DNA of 64,000 bases from an uncultured Lentisphaerales bacterium. Lineage in GTDB: Bacteria > Verrucomicrobiota > Lentisphaeria > JABSQK01 > UBA12247. Position 1 is the stretch's first letter. Each line of letters starts with the position of its first letter. Location of the stretch: the NCBI GenBank assembly GCA_943788985.1, contig CALSSJ010000012.1:96001-160000 (forward strand), read 5' to 3'. The notes under the pieces were generated by a model that saw only the letters and a list, made by a program, of their open reading frames with translations, was not told the origin of the DNA and did not search any database. The translations under genes were made by a program, and so were the position numbers. Shown piece by piece: positions 31,701-41,043 of the stretch.

Positions 31701-31823
31701 CAGAACATCGTAACTGCAGTTTCTTGGGTGGGCGAGGGCGGTTACAGGACGGTCTGTTTCTTCGTCCTCTTCCAACCAAAAATTTACAACGTAGCTATCA
31801 GGCAGCCAAAAAGCGTGAAGCAT
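28787..31823 (-). CDS. SNF2/SWI2-family DEAH helicase, frameshift near the C-terminus
   Basis: [48 protein letters not shown]; then [12 protein letters not shown]...[21 protein letters not shown] in a second frame. Confidence 0.95.
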
Positions 31824-31944
31824 AATCTCTAACTTGGAACTTTGGCGAATAGGGCTAGAACAGATAGTCAGATCGAGCAATGAAACAAGCGTTTTGTTAA
31901 ATTTGTTTTGTTTTGGCCAAAAATTAGAACCCATCAGTGACATC

Positions 31945-33573
31945 ATGGAAACCACGAAAAATTGCCGTAGAAGTCATCTCTGCGGGCTAACTTTTCTCGG
32001 TCTTATAGTTGTGCTTTCTCATTCGCAAGTCACTGTAAGGCAGTGGTTTCTGAAGTTTTCTGGTGTGCAGTATGGGACTGCATTGATAGTCGATGAAACC
32101 GAGATGCAGGATGACCTTTTGCCAGCGACGGAGGAGTCGGACCCCGCACATATTCGGATAGGTGATGGTAGGCGTATGGTCGCGATGCTGCGCGGCGGCG
32201 GGAGGATTAAGCTGACGGAGCCGCACGGCATCTCCGCGGAGGCGGTGAGCTACCGGATCGAGCGAAGTTCGGCGGGACTGAGCGAGCTGGCCTGGCGTTG
32301 TCCGGGGATAGGCTTGGGGCCGGGGGATCTGCTTTTGGCGGTGGGGTTTGCGGTATTCGCAATCTGCGGAGTTCGCAAACGAGCTTGGCGAAGCATGGTG
32401 CCGCCGCTGCCGGTGGTGGGAGTATTGGTCGCCGTGATCTGGTCGTTCAGTCCGCTTCGCCCCTGCGATGGCTCGTTTTTGGAGCCCGATGTAATGACTG
32501 GCCTAAAGGAGTTGGTACAGATGATGCTAATTTTGGTCTGCGGATTTTGTACCGTGAGGCGATTGTTGCGGATCAAAGGTGCAATTCCGGTAGTGCTTTG
32601 GACTTGGCTGTGTTGCGGCCTGTGCTGTTGCGTAGTGGGGCTGGTCGAGTTGCAGCAGATCCTGCGGAGTCCGCAACCAACTCTGCAGTACTGGGATTCC
32701 ACGTTTGGCTTTCTCTACAACCTCACGCAGAGCGGTGCCGTGGGCAGCGAATCGTCGCAGCATGTCTTTTCGGCATATCTAGGCCTGCTGCTGCCAATCG
32801 CGTTTGGCTGCTTGGTGCATGGCGAGGGCCGGTTGCAGTTGCTGGGGGCGCTCACGGCTGTTGCCGCACTGAGTTGTCAGTTGCACCTTGGCTTCTTGGT
32901 GGGCAGTGTGCTCGCGGTGGGTTGTGTTGCGAACTCGGCAAAGCGCAGCTGGGTGCTGCCAGCGGCGTTGCTCGGCTGCGTGATCGTGGTCGGCACTCTC
33001 GTGGCGGTTCAGCCGGTGCGTGGACAGGCGCTGGTGAACTCGGTGGCGCTGCATCGAATGGCGGATAGCCTGGGCTTGATGCCGCCGCCGAACACGCATG
33101 CGACTGCGGACATGGAGCTGTGGGAACCCGTGCAGCAGAAGTACCTAGAATCGCAGGCGGCGCTAAATGCAGCATCATTTTCGCCGTTGGTGGGCTACGG
33201 GGCGGGAAGCTACCAGCTGCGAATCAACGCGTTCTATGCCGCGGCAATTGACCCGGCGCTGGCTTTGCGCAAGGCACCGGTGAATCTGATGGAGCGTGAT
33301 GCCCACAGCCAGTACAAGGTGGCACTGGTAGAGACGGGCGTGCTTGGGGTGCTTGCCTGGTTGTGGTTATGGTTCGGGGCGTTGCGGAGTTCGCAAAGCC
33401 TGCGTGACCCGTTGTTGCGAGCGGTGACGGCTGGGGCTCTGGTGGCGCTTTTGGCGGGGGCCTGTTTCGGGACATTCTCGGTGCGTGGCCTGCAGACTTT
33501 GATGATGGTTGTACTGGCGTTGGCGATGTCCACGACAGCGGAGCCCGGGGCGCCGAGTAAGCGGGAGTGCTAA
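31945..33573 (+). CDS. O-antigen ligase/Wzy_C-like polytopic membrane protein
   Basis: Many TM helices; PLVGYGAGSY and AHSQY...LVETGVLG, resembling the O-antigen ligase periplasmic motif. Confidence 0.7.
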   Translation: METTKNCRRSHLCGLTFLGLIVVLSHSQVTVRQWFLKFSGVQYGTALIVDETEMQDDLLPATEESDPAHIRIGDGRRMVAMLRGGGRIKLTEPHGISAEAVSYRIERSSAGLSELAWRCPGIGLGPGDLLLAVGFAVFAICGVRKRAWRSMVPPLPVVGVLVAVIWSFSPLRPCDGSFLEPDVMTGLKELVQMMLILVCGFCTVRRLLRIKGAIPVVLWTWLCCGLCCCVVGLVELQQILRSPQPTLQYWDSTFGFLYNLTQSGAVGSESSQHVFSAYLGLLLPIAFGCLVHGEGRLQLLGALTAVAALSCQLHLGFLVGSVLAVGCVANSAKRSWVLPAALLGCVIVVGTLVAVQPVRGQALVNSVALHRMADSLGLMPPPNTHATADMELWEPVQQKYLESQAALNAASFSPLVGYGAGSYQLRINAFYAAAIDPALALRKAPVNLMERDAHSQYKVALVETGVLGVLAWLWLWFGALRSSQSLRDPLLRAVTAGALVALLAGACFGTFSVRGLQTLMMVVLALAMSTTAEPGAPSKREC

Positions 33574-33637
33574 GGTGGCAGATGAAAGGGTGGCAAGGCG
33601 CGCTTGGCGTTTGGCAGCGTGCGAGTACAGTTAGTGT

Positions 33638-35473
33638 GTGTCTGCTGCGCCACTGGACCCTCGTTCTATGAAAAAGATTTTCCTCGCTCTACTTGTCGCT
33701 TTGGCGGCGAGCGTCTGTCAGGCAAACTCTGTGATCCCGCTGTCCCACAAGGATGCGATGGACTGGTTTGCCGCAAAAGGCGGGACGGTCGAGAAGCTGG
33801 ACGACGGGACGCACGCAGTTCGGGTGACGAGAGAGTCACGCAACCATTGGCAGCGCGGCTGGGAAGGCACGGTCCGCGATATCGATGTTATTGCCTACAT
33901 CGATAACGTTTCGATCATCGAAGTGGATGGGGTGCCAATTGATGACGCGCGGTTGGTAAACATTGCCACGGAGCGGGAACTGACGGAGTTGGTGATCAAC
34001 AGTGCCGAACTGAGTGACACGAGCATGGAATTGGTGGCACAGCTGTGCCCAAGTTTGACCAAGCTGGCGTTGCAGGGATCTAGGGTGCAGGGCGCACACT
34101 TTGCGGCACTAGCACGGCTGCCAGCATTGCGTGAGCTAGACGTTAGAGGGGCACCGCTTGAGGCCAGATACCTGAGGATCTTGTGGCGGTTGAATTCGCT
34201 GCGCCGCTTGGTACTGGCCGATACGACTGTGGGGGACCCGGACGTTGCGGAGCTTACGCCGTTGAAGCAGTTGGAGTACCTGGATCTGTCCGGGACAGCG
34301 GTGACGGATGCCGGAATCTCGCTGCTGCGCGATTTGCCTGCGCTTACGCATCTCGAGCTAGCGCGCACCGCAGTGGAAGCGCGCGTGCCGCTGGGGCGGA
34401 TGCCGCTGCGCTACCTTGGGCTGGCAAGGACGGCGATCGATGATGACTCGCTGCCAGTGCTGGGGACGCTGTGGGATCTTAAGAATTTGGATCTGAGCTA
34501 TACGAAGGTCACAGATAAAGGAATGGCCAAGATGCGGACGCTGGCGCTGCACGGTTTGCGCTTGGAGGGCGTGCCACTTTCGAGTGCCGGGCTGGTTTAC
34601 TTGAGTGACATGCCGCAATTGGAGCGCCTGTTTCTCGATGGTGTGCAGGGACATCAACTGGCTGCACTGCAGCGGCTGCGAAAGGTGCAGGATCTGACGT
34701 TGCGGAATTCGCAGATTGAGTTGGTGCGTTTGAGTGGCATGCCCGCGTTGCGCCGGTTGGAGATCAGCGGCGAAGTTTTTGCGTTGGAGCTAAACGAGAT
34801 GGCCGGGATGCGCGAGTTGGAGCTGGAGGATTGCAAGATCCGGACGATTGAGCTGAGCGTGCTGCCAGAGCTAAGGGTAGCGAGGCTCCCGGGGCATCAT
34901 TACAACTTGCCGTCGCCGGACGCGGAGCGGTTGGTGCAGTCTCCATTACCGGAGATCGTGTCAGTCAAAATGCGCAAAGTTGGGGTGTCCACGCTGCGCA
35001 TCGCTGCGCGCATAGACCAACTGGACTTGATCGATATGCCCGGATTGCATCATCTGGATGTGGCTTTCTCGAAGATTCGCGAGCTGTCGCTGGATGTGGA
35101 CCATCTAACGCATTTGCGTGTAGGAGGACAAACGGTGGCAGCGCTGCCGACGGATTTTTTCTTTGCGCAATCTTCGCTCACCAATGTCTTTCTCTGGGGT
35201 CCGAGCATCACGGACTCTCATTTGGCGGAGGTCGCAAAGTCGGAGACCTTGCGGGGTGTCCACTTGCGGCAGGCAAGTGTGACGCAGCACGGCGTGCGTT
35301 TTCTGCGCTGGATCCCGACGCTGTCGGGCGTGTATGCTGACGAATACTACGTGCAGCTCAATGGCCTGCCTGACTTCGAGGAGGGAGAGTTTGCAGCGCC
35401 GTTTCTAATTCAGAATGACGATCAGATCGCGGCTGCGTGGCCGACTCCGTGGTTCGACTCAAACGCCCGCTAG
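33638..35473 (+). CDS. secreted leucine-rich repeat protein
   Basis: Signal peptide (MKKIFLALLVALAA); repeated L..L.L..T.V.D units. Confidence 0.88.
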   Translation: MSAAPLDPRSMKKIFLALLVALAASVCQANSVIPLSHKDAMDWFAAKGGTVEKLDDGTHAVRVTRESRNHWQRGWEGTVRDIDVIAYIDNVSIIEVDGVPIDDARLVNIATERELTELVINSAELSDTSMELVAQLCPSLTKLALQGSRVQGAHFAALARLPALRELDVRGAPLEARYLRILWRLNSLRRLVLADTTVGDPDVAELTPLKQLEYLDLSGTAVTDAGISLLRDLPALTHLELARTAVEARVPLGRMPLRYLGLARTAIDDDSLPVLGTLWDLKNLDLSYTKVTDKGMAKMRTLALHGLRLEGVPLSSAGLVYLSDMPQLERLFLDGVQGHQLAALQRLRKVQDLTLRNSQIELVRLSGMPALRRLEISGEVFALELNEMAGMRELELEDCKIRTIELSVLPELRVARLPGHHYNLPSPDAERLVQSPLPEIVSVKMRKVGVSTLRIAARIDQLDLIDMPGLHHLDVAFSKIRELSLDVDHLTHLRVGGQTVAALPTDFFFAQSSLTNVFLWGPSITDSHLAEVAKSETLRGVHLRQASVTQHGVRFLRWIPTLSGVYADEYYVQLNGLPDFEEGEFAAPFLIQNDDQIAAAWPTPWFDSNAR

Positions 35474-37656
35474 CGCCGCTACTGGCGGCGTTCTTCCTGG
35501 TGCCGTGCATGGTATGCGGGGTGACGCCTGAACAGGTTCAGGGGCGGATCGACGAGCTGGCTAAGAGGATCAAGGGCAGCCAATCTGGGAACGGTGCGTG
35601 GAATTATCCTGGCCGCAGATCGGGCTTCACGGCGTTGCAACTGTTGGCGTTGGGACATGCAGGGCTAACCGAGGAGGATCGGGCGGTTTCAAGAGCCTGT
35701 AAATTTCTCCAAAGAAACTTTCCCAATAACGATACGTACGGGGTCGGGCTGTATGCCGCGGCGTTCGAAGTGATTAACCCGAAGAAGTATCGAGCGGAGA
35801 TCCAGAAAGCGGCGAAGTGGCTGATCGAGCGGCAGGCAAGGAATGGTACGTGGGATTACCAAGGGGAGAATAACGGCGATAACTCCGTGACACAGTTTGC
35901 GCTATTGGGCCTGAAGGCGGCGTTGAATGCCGGGGTGGCCGTGGACCAGAAAGTGCTGGACCTCAGCGAAAGTCATTTCCGGCGAACGCAACTGGGCGAT
36001 GGTGGCTGGGGCTATTCAGACCAGGTGGCACAGATGTCCCCCAGCATGATTCCGGCAGGACTGACCGCCTTGCACGTAGCAGGCGTGAAGGAGCGAAAAT
36101 CGCTGGAGCTAGAGAAGGGCCCCGAGTTTATCGGTAGATACGAGATGGATCCGGCGGTGAGCAAAGGGATCGCGGCGATGTCTCGTAGCCTGGGGTTCAG
36201 CAATGCGTACCTGGCGTATGGGATCGAGCGCGTTGGAATTTTTTATGACCGGCAGTTTCTGGGGAACGTCGAGTGGTATCCTACTGGCTGCGCAGCCATC
36301 GTGAGGCGTGAGGTGGCCGTGCCCAAGCTCGGGCGCGGGCGCGGGTTGTTCGGGAGACAAGTCGGGGGAACGAGCCAAAACTTGGCGTTCAACCTGCTAT
36401 TTCTGGCCAAGGGCGACAAGCCGCAGCTATTGACCAAGGTCCGTTGGGGGGCGACCAATGATTGGAACTTACGGTTCCACGACTCAAGAAACATGATTCG
36501 GGTCTTGTCTCTGCAGTTTCAACAGAAGCTGGATTGGCAGAGCGCGACTCTTCAAGATGAGCCGGCCCGCATGAACCGGACGCCAATCGTGTACATCAGC
36601 GGGCACAAGTCGTTCGCCCTAACCACCACAGAGCGCCAGAATCTGTTCGATTTCGTGGAGACTGGCGGCACCGTGATGATCGCCCCGAATTTGTTGCAGC
36701 GTTCGTTCATCCGGGACCTGAGGACCGAGTTGGGAACGTTGTATGCGGGCGGAAAGTTCGTCAAAATCCCGGCAGAGCACGAGGTGCGCGGTATGTATCA
36801 CGACCTCTGGGGAAAGGAATTGCCGATGCGGGTCTGGCGGGACGGCTGTATGCTCCGGCGCATTTTTATTTTTGAGCAGGACTTTTCATTGGATTTCGAG
36901 AGAGAGAGCCCGGGGCAAACAAGTCGGCAGTTGCTTGCGAATGTGGCGCGCTTTGCGCTCCGTGAAAAGCCTTTGGTAAATCGTTTGGCAGAGATTGCGC
37001 GACCGCAGGCGCGCCAGCAGCAGAGTGGCGGGCGCTACGAGGACACGCGAGGCTCACGAGAAGGCGCATTTACGATCGCGCAGGTGCTGTATGGCGGGGA
37101 GGACGACATTGATCCGCAGGCGGTGAACAATGAGCTGGGGTTTCTGCGCCAAGCGTTGAAGTTACCCACCGCACCTAAGCGCGCTACGGTCAATCCGTCG
37201 ACCGAAAAGCTGCATCTGCACCCGCTGCTCTACATGTGCGGGCACGAACCTTTTAGTTTTGACTTTACCGCGCGTCGCAGATTGCGCGATCACCTGCAGC
37301 GTGGCGCGGTGTTGCTGGCGAATGCCTGCTGTGGATCCGAGGAATTCGATCAGGCCTTCCGGGCGGAAATGAGCGAAATGTTCCCTGGCAAGGAGCTGGT
37401 CCGGGTTCCCACCAGCAGCCCGGTCTACCACGAGCCGTTCGAACTCGTGCCGGAGCCAAACTCAAGTTTAAGGCGAAAGGGCGTGGATACTGAATATGTC
37501 TGGGGGATCCGCCACAACGAGCGCTACATCGTGCTGTACTCACCGTACGACTACAGCTGTGCGATCGAGACCACGCAAGATGATATCGAGGCATTTACAG
37601 AGGAGTTTGGGTATCGGTTATTCACCAACCTCGTGTCCTACGGGATGACCTACTGA
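35437..37656 (+). CDS. DUF4159-domain protein with N-terminal prenyltransferase/squalene-oxidase-like repeats
   Basis: Q..NG.W.Y and Q..DGGWGY repeats, DNSVTQFALLGL; two P.LY..GH..F...GG DUF4159-like modules. Confidence 0.78.
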   Translation: MADSVVRLKRPLAPLLAAFFLVPCMVCGVTPEQVQGRIDELAKRIKGSQSGNGAWNYPGRRSGFTALQLLALGHAGLTEEDRAVSRACKFLQRNFPNNDTYGVGLYAAAFEVINPKKYRAEIQKAAKWLIERQARNGTWDYQGENNGDNSVTQFALLGLKAALNAGVAVDQKVLDLSESHFRRTQLGDGGWGYSDQVAQMSPSMIPAGLTALHVAGVKERKSLELEKGPEFIGRYEMDPAVSKGIAAMSRSLGFSNAYLAYGIERVGIFYDRQFLGNVEWYPTGCAAIVRREVAVPKLGRGRGLFGRQVGGTSQNLAFNLLFLAKGDKPQLLTKVRWGATNDWNLRFHDSRNMIRVLSLQFQQKLDWQSATLQDEPARMNRTPIVYISGHKSFALTTTERQNLFDFVETGGTVMIAPNLLQRSFIRDLRTELGTLYAGGKFVKIPAEHEVRGMYHDLWGKELPMRVWRDGCMLRRIFIFEQDFSLDFERESPGQTSRQLLANVARFALREKPLVNRLAEIARPQARQQQSGGRYEDTRGSREGAFTIAQVLYGGEDDIDPQAVNNELGFLRQALKLPTAPKRATVNPSTEKLHLHPLLYMCGHEPFSFDFTARRRLRDHLQRGAVLLANACCGSEEFDQAFRAEMSEMFPGKELVRVPTSSPVYHEPFELVPEPNSSLRRKGVDTEYVWGIRHNERYIVLYSPYDYSCAIETTQDDIEAFTEEFGYRLFTNLVSYGMTY

Positions 37657-37716
37657 GTCCGCTGCGCGCGCGAGCCTCGCGGCAAGAGGAATGGCCCGCT
37701 CCGGTGAGAGTGCGAT

Positions 37717-38234
37717 CTAGTCGAGCGCTCGTTTGGCATTGCAACGTGTGTGTGGGGGGGCATGCGGGCGCAGGCGCAGCGCGCGAATCAAAACATGCGT
37801 GCCCTCATCGTTCCGAAAAAGCCAAAGCAATCCGGCTGCAAGGTTGTTGTTGAAGCTGTGCTCAACAGGAGAGCGCGCCACGGCCAGTCGAAACTGCTTC
37901 ACTGCTTCGGTTATACCGCCTGCCTCTTCGTATCCCAGGCCGAGCTTATGGGGCCTCAAGCCGTGCCATCATACTTTGCGATCGAGTCCTGCTACAGAGT
38001 GAAACTGGATTGCCAGACGCGAACCCGCGAAATCGACAATCCGGTCAGGATCAGTAGCATGATGACTGCAGCAACTATACGCATCTTCCGAGTGGGAAGC
38101 TGTGCGGATGCCAAGGCCAAAAGCAGAAATGGCCCAAAGCAGGCGAGGTATCGATAGCGATCTGGACGTACGGTCGAGATGTGAGTCAGGTTGGCGACCG
38201 ACGCAAGAGCGGGCACCGATTTATTTAAACGCAC
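37717..38234 (-). pseudogene. remnant of a TMTC-like TPR membrane protein
   Basis: Fragments DRYRYLA, RVRVWQSSFTL and TPR-like LGLGY...EAVKQFRLAV...NNLA; internal stops. Confidence 0.45.
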
Positions 38235-38352
38235 AGCAAGTCAGGAGCTGAGAACACATCTCTGCCCAGACGATGGTGATGGAAAAACGACCAGAGCCCG
38301 GAAACTGTGCGGGTGCGCGGAGCGGGCAACCATTTCGTGCTTGGTGCGGCCG

Positions 38353-38694
38353 TCAGCCTACGGCGCCGTGGCCCCGTTCTTCGGTGCGAATGCGAATGCA
38401 TTGCTCAAGGTTTGTGACGAAGATCTTGCCATCGCCAATCGCGCCTGATTTTGCGCCGTTGATGACCGCCTGGATTGTTCGATCGACAAAGTCTTCATTG
38501 ACTGCGATCTCGATCCGCACCTTATCCAGCAGATTCACAGTATGGACCTGGCCGCGATAGCTTTCTTCGATGCCGCCTTGGGTTCCGCACCCGCGCACGC
38601 GGCTTACGGTCATACGTTTGACATCAATCGCAGTAAGTGCGTTCTTTACGTCGTCCAGCTTTTCCGGCTGAATGATTGCTGTAACCATCTTCAT
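38353..38694 (-). CDS. glnK: P-II nitrogen regulatory protein
   Basis: MKMVTAIIQPEKLDDVK, T-loop YRG, GAIGDGKIFV, IRIRTEE.G; directly downstream of amtB. Confidence 0.93.
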   Translation of the reverse strand: MKMVTAIIQPEKLDDVKNALTAIDVKRMTVSRVRGCGTQGGIEESYRGQVHTVNLLDKVRIEIAVNEDFVDRTIQAVINGAKSGAIGDGKIFVTNLEQCIRIRTEERGHGAVG

Positions 38695-38706
38695 CGTCAA
38701 TGCCTC

Positions 38707-39990
38707 CTAAAGGGCTTCTTCTGGATTGGCTTCAATGTGGTGAACGGTCAAGTCCGATCCCATGCTTTCCTGCTGTTCGTTGAGTCGGATTCCCACTGTC
38801 ATCTTCAACGCACCATAGACAACGAACCCAGAAACAGCCGCAAAAGTGGCAATCCCCACACTTATCAGCAGCTGTGACCTCAGGCTCACGCCACCGAGGC
38901 CACCCAACGATTCAGCGCCGAAGATGCCAGCAGCGATCCCCCCCCACAGTCCACAGACACCATGCAACGGCCAGACGCCGAGCACGTCGTCGATCTTCCA
39001 TTTATTGGTTTCGATCTCGAAGAGAAAAACGAACAATGCACCGGCAATCGCGCCGACAGCGAGAGCACCGAGCGGATGATAAAGATCCGAGCCAGCGCAG
39101 ACTGCGACCAATCCTGCGAGGGCACCGTTGTGGACGAAGCCAGCGTCATTTTTAGAAAAAAGCATCGCGGCAATCGTACCACCAACCATGGCAAGGAGTG
39201 AATTCATCGCCACGAGCCCCTGGATGTCCTTAATCGCCCCCGCGCTCATGACGTTAAAGCCAAACCAGCCGACAATGAGAACCCAGCTTCCCAAGGCGAG
39301 AAACGGAATGCTGCTGACTTTGATCCCGCTGTTCTGGCCGTAGCGCTTGAGCCGTGCGCCCAAGAGGATGATGGCTGGCAGTGCGATCCAGCCGCCAGTG
39401 GCGTGGACAACCGCGGAACCAGCGAAGTCATGAAAAGGCGCGCCAAACTTGGTCGCGAGCCAGCCAGTGTCAGACGCGATGCCAGCACTGAATCGTCCCC
39501 AAGTAAATCCCTCGATTAGTGGATAAACAAGACCGACAAATATCATGCCAGCAATCGAGTTGGGCCAGAATTTGGCGCGCTCGGCGACACCACCGGAGAT
39601 AATGGCTGGAATGCAGGCTGCAAAACCAAGAAAGAGGAAGAACCTAATGTATTCGATGCCATTCAGCCCGCTGACGTCCGCGATCGGCCCAATGAGATTC
39701 ATGCCGCGGGCGAGGGGGTAGCCGATGAATAGATAGAGAATGGTAGAGAAACACCATTCTCCCAGAATCTTGTTGAGGGCGTTTACCTGATTCTTCTTTC
39801 TGACCGAGCCCACTTCAAGAAAGGCAAAGCCAGCGTGCATGGAGAGAATCATTACCCCGCCGATGAGGATGAAGAGCGCGTCAGATGAGCTAGCAAGAGC
39901 ATCTGGTGCGGCTTCCTCCGCGCTTGCTGAGATGCCTAGGAGAAGAAATAGAAGGACCGGGAACAATCGAAATCTGAGAAGGGTAAGCAT
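38707..39990 (-). CDS. amtB: ammonium transporter
   Basis: GFAFLEVGSVR.KN, IISGGVAER, DFAGSAVVH, GWFGFN, NGALAGLVA, DDVLGVWPLHG. Confidence 0.95.
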   Translation of the reverse strand: MLTLLRFRLFPVLLFLLLGISASAEEAAPDALASSSDALFILIGGVMILSMHAGFAFLEVGSVRKKNQVNALNKILGEWCFSTILYLFIGYPLARGMNLIGPIADVSGLNGIEYIRFFLFLGFAACIPAIISGGVAERAKFWPNSIAGMIFVGLVYPLIEGFTWGRFSAGIASDTGWLATKFGAPFHDFAGSAVVHATGGWIALPAIILLGARLKRYGQNSGIKVSSIPFLALGSWVLIVGWFGFNVMSAGAIKDIQGLVAMNSLLAMVGGTIAAMLFSKNDAGFVHNGALAGLVAVCAGSDLYHPLGALAVGAIAGALFVFLFEIETNKWKIDDVLGVWPLHGVCGLWGGIAAGIFGAESLGGLGGVSLRSQLLISVGIATFAAVSGFVVYGALKMTVGIRLNEQQESMGSDLTVHHIEANPEEAL

Positions 39991-40145
39991 GGTTTTTCCA
40001 GTAATCGGTGGAGGATGCGGCTGGCTTTGGGCGCTAGAGAGTGAAGCGGGGAGATTCTCGATGTGAGAACTACAATTATGTTCATATGCTATGCAGAGAT
40101 GTATATTATGGCTTGAATCTGTCCCGGCCACTGATTCTCAGGCAT

Positions 40146-41035
40146 TTAGGAGCCAGCACGCCAGGCTCGGCAAGCTGTTTGGCTACTGAGCGGTGGCGAG
40201 CGAGCGCCAAGCTTGCTCTTCCGCGTCCGCGATGCTGAGCAAGAGCGGGTTGATCGTCTCCAGGCCCTGTGCCGGTGCTGGCGCTCCGAACTGGTGGTGG
40301 AACGAGGTTGCAGCTTCTGGCCGAAGGTTTTCGATGCGATTGAACTGCTCTGCAGCCTTGTCAAATGTGTTGTCTTTAGTGACGACAGCAACCTCGCGAA
40401 GAAAGCGGCTGAACATTGTGGCGAAAGAGCCCACTGCCGGTTCTAGCCTTGGCTTCAATGAAGACGCAGCCATTGTTCAGTGCGCTTCGGAGTTGATCTG
40501 CAGGCACGGATTCTCCCCAGGATGGCACCATTTTGGCGGGTTTGCGGAGGGCCAGAGCAAGCTAGTCCATGGCGAATTGGTGAACACCGTCACAATCTGC
40601 GATTGTGACGGTATCCGATGCGGGGGATAGCCGCAGGCGACGGCGATATACCCGCCGAAATGGAATTTATTGCCGCCGAAGTCGAAGTAGCGGAGGTAGC
40701 CCATGTCTACTTGCAGCATAACCAGCTGATTATCTTGCAAGAGCTCAAGCAAGCTAGCGCGTGCGCGCCCGAAGCTGGTGGAGGTTTTGCCCGTTACGGC
40801 CACGCCGGTAAAGGTGCCAGCGAAGTTATTCGAGGCTTGGCTTAGGCGTGGCGCAGCGTCCCAAAAAGGGCGGGGCGCCTTTCGTGTGGCAGTAGATGAA
40901 GCCGACGCCACGATTAAGGCCAAGCAGCATTTCTTCGGGTAGGGGATGGCCGTTAAAACGAACGATCTGTTGGAGGGAGCCGGTGACGCAGTGTTGGGTG
41001 GGCTTGCCCTCGGGGCCGGGAACTGTGTGCGGCAC
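40146..41035 (-). pseudogene. fragmented BtrH_N/DUF4872-like (papain-like) protein
   Basis: HCVTGSL...EEMLLGL..GVGFIY, VDMGYL.YF...HFGGY and MFSRFLRE fragments over several frames. Confidence 0.6.
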
Positions 41036-41043
41036 CAGCGTGG

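Noticed and set aside
28787..31823. SNF2 helicase as part of an anti-phage defence system
   Set aside because: No neighbouring methyltransferase, nuclease or other defence genes; it resembles the common stand-alone bacterial SNF2 type.
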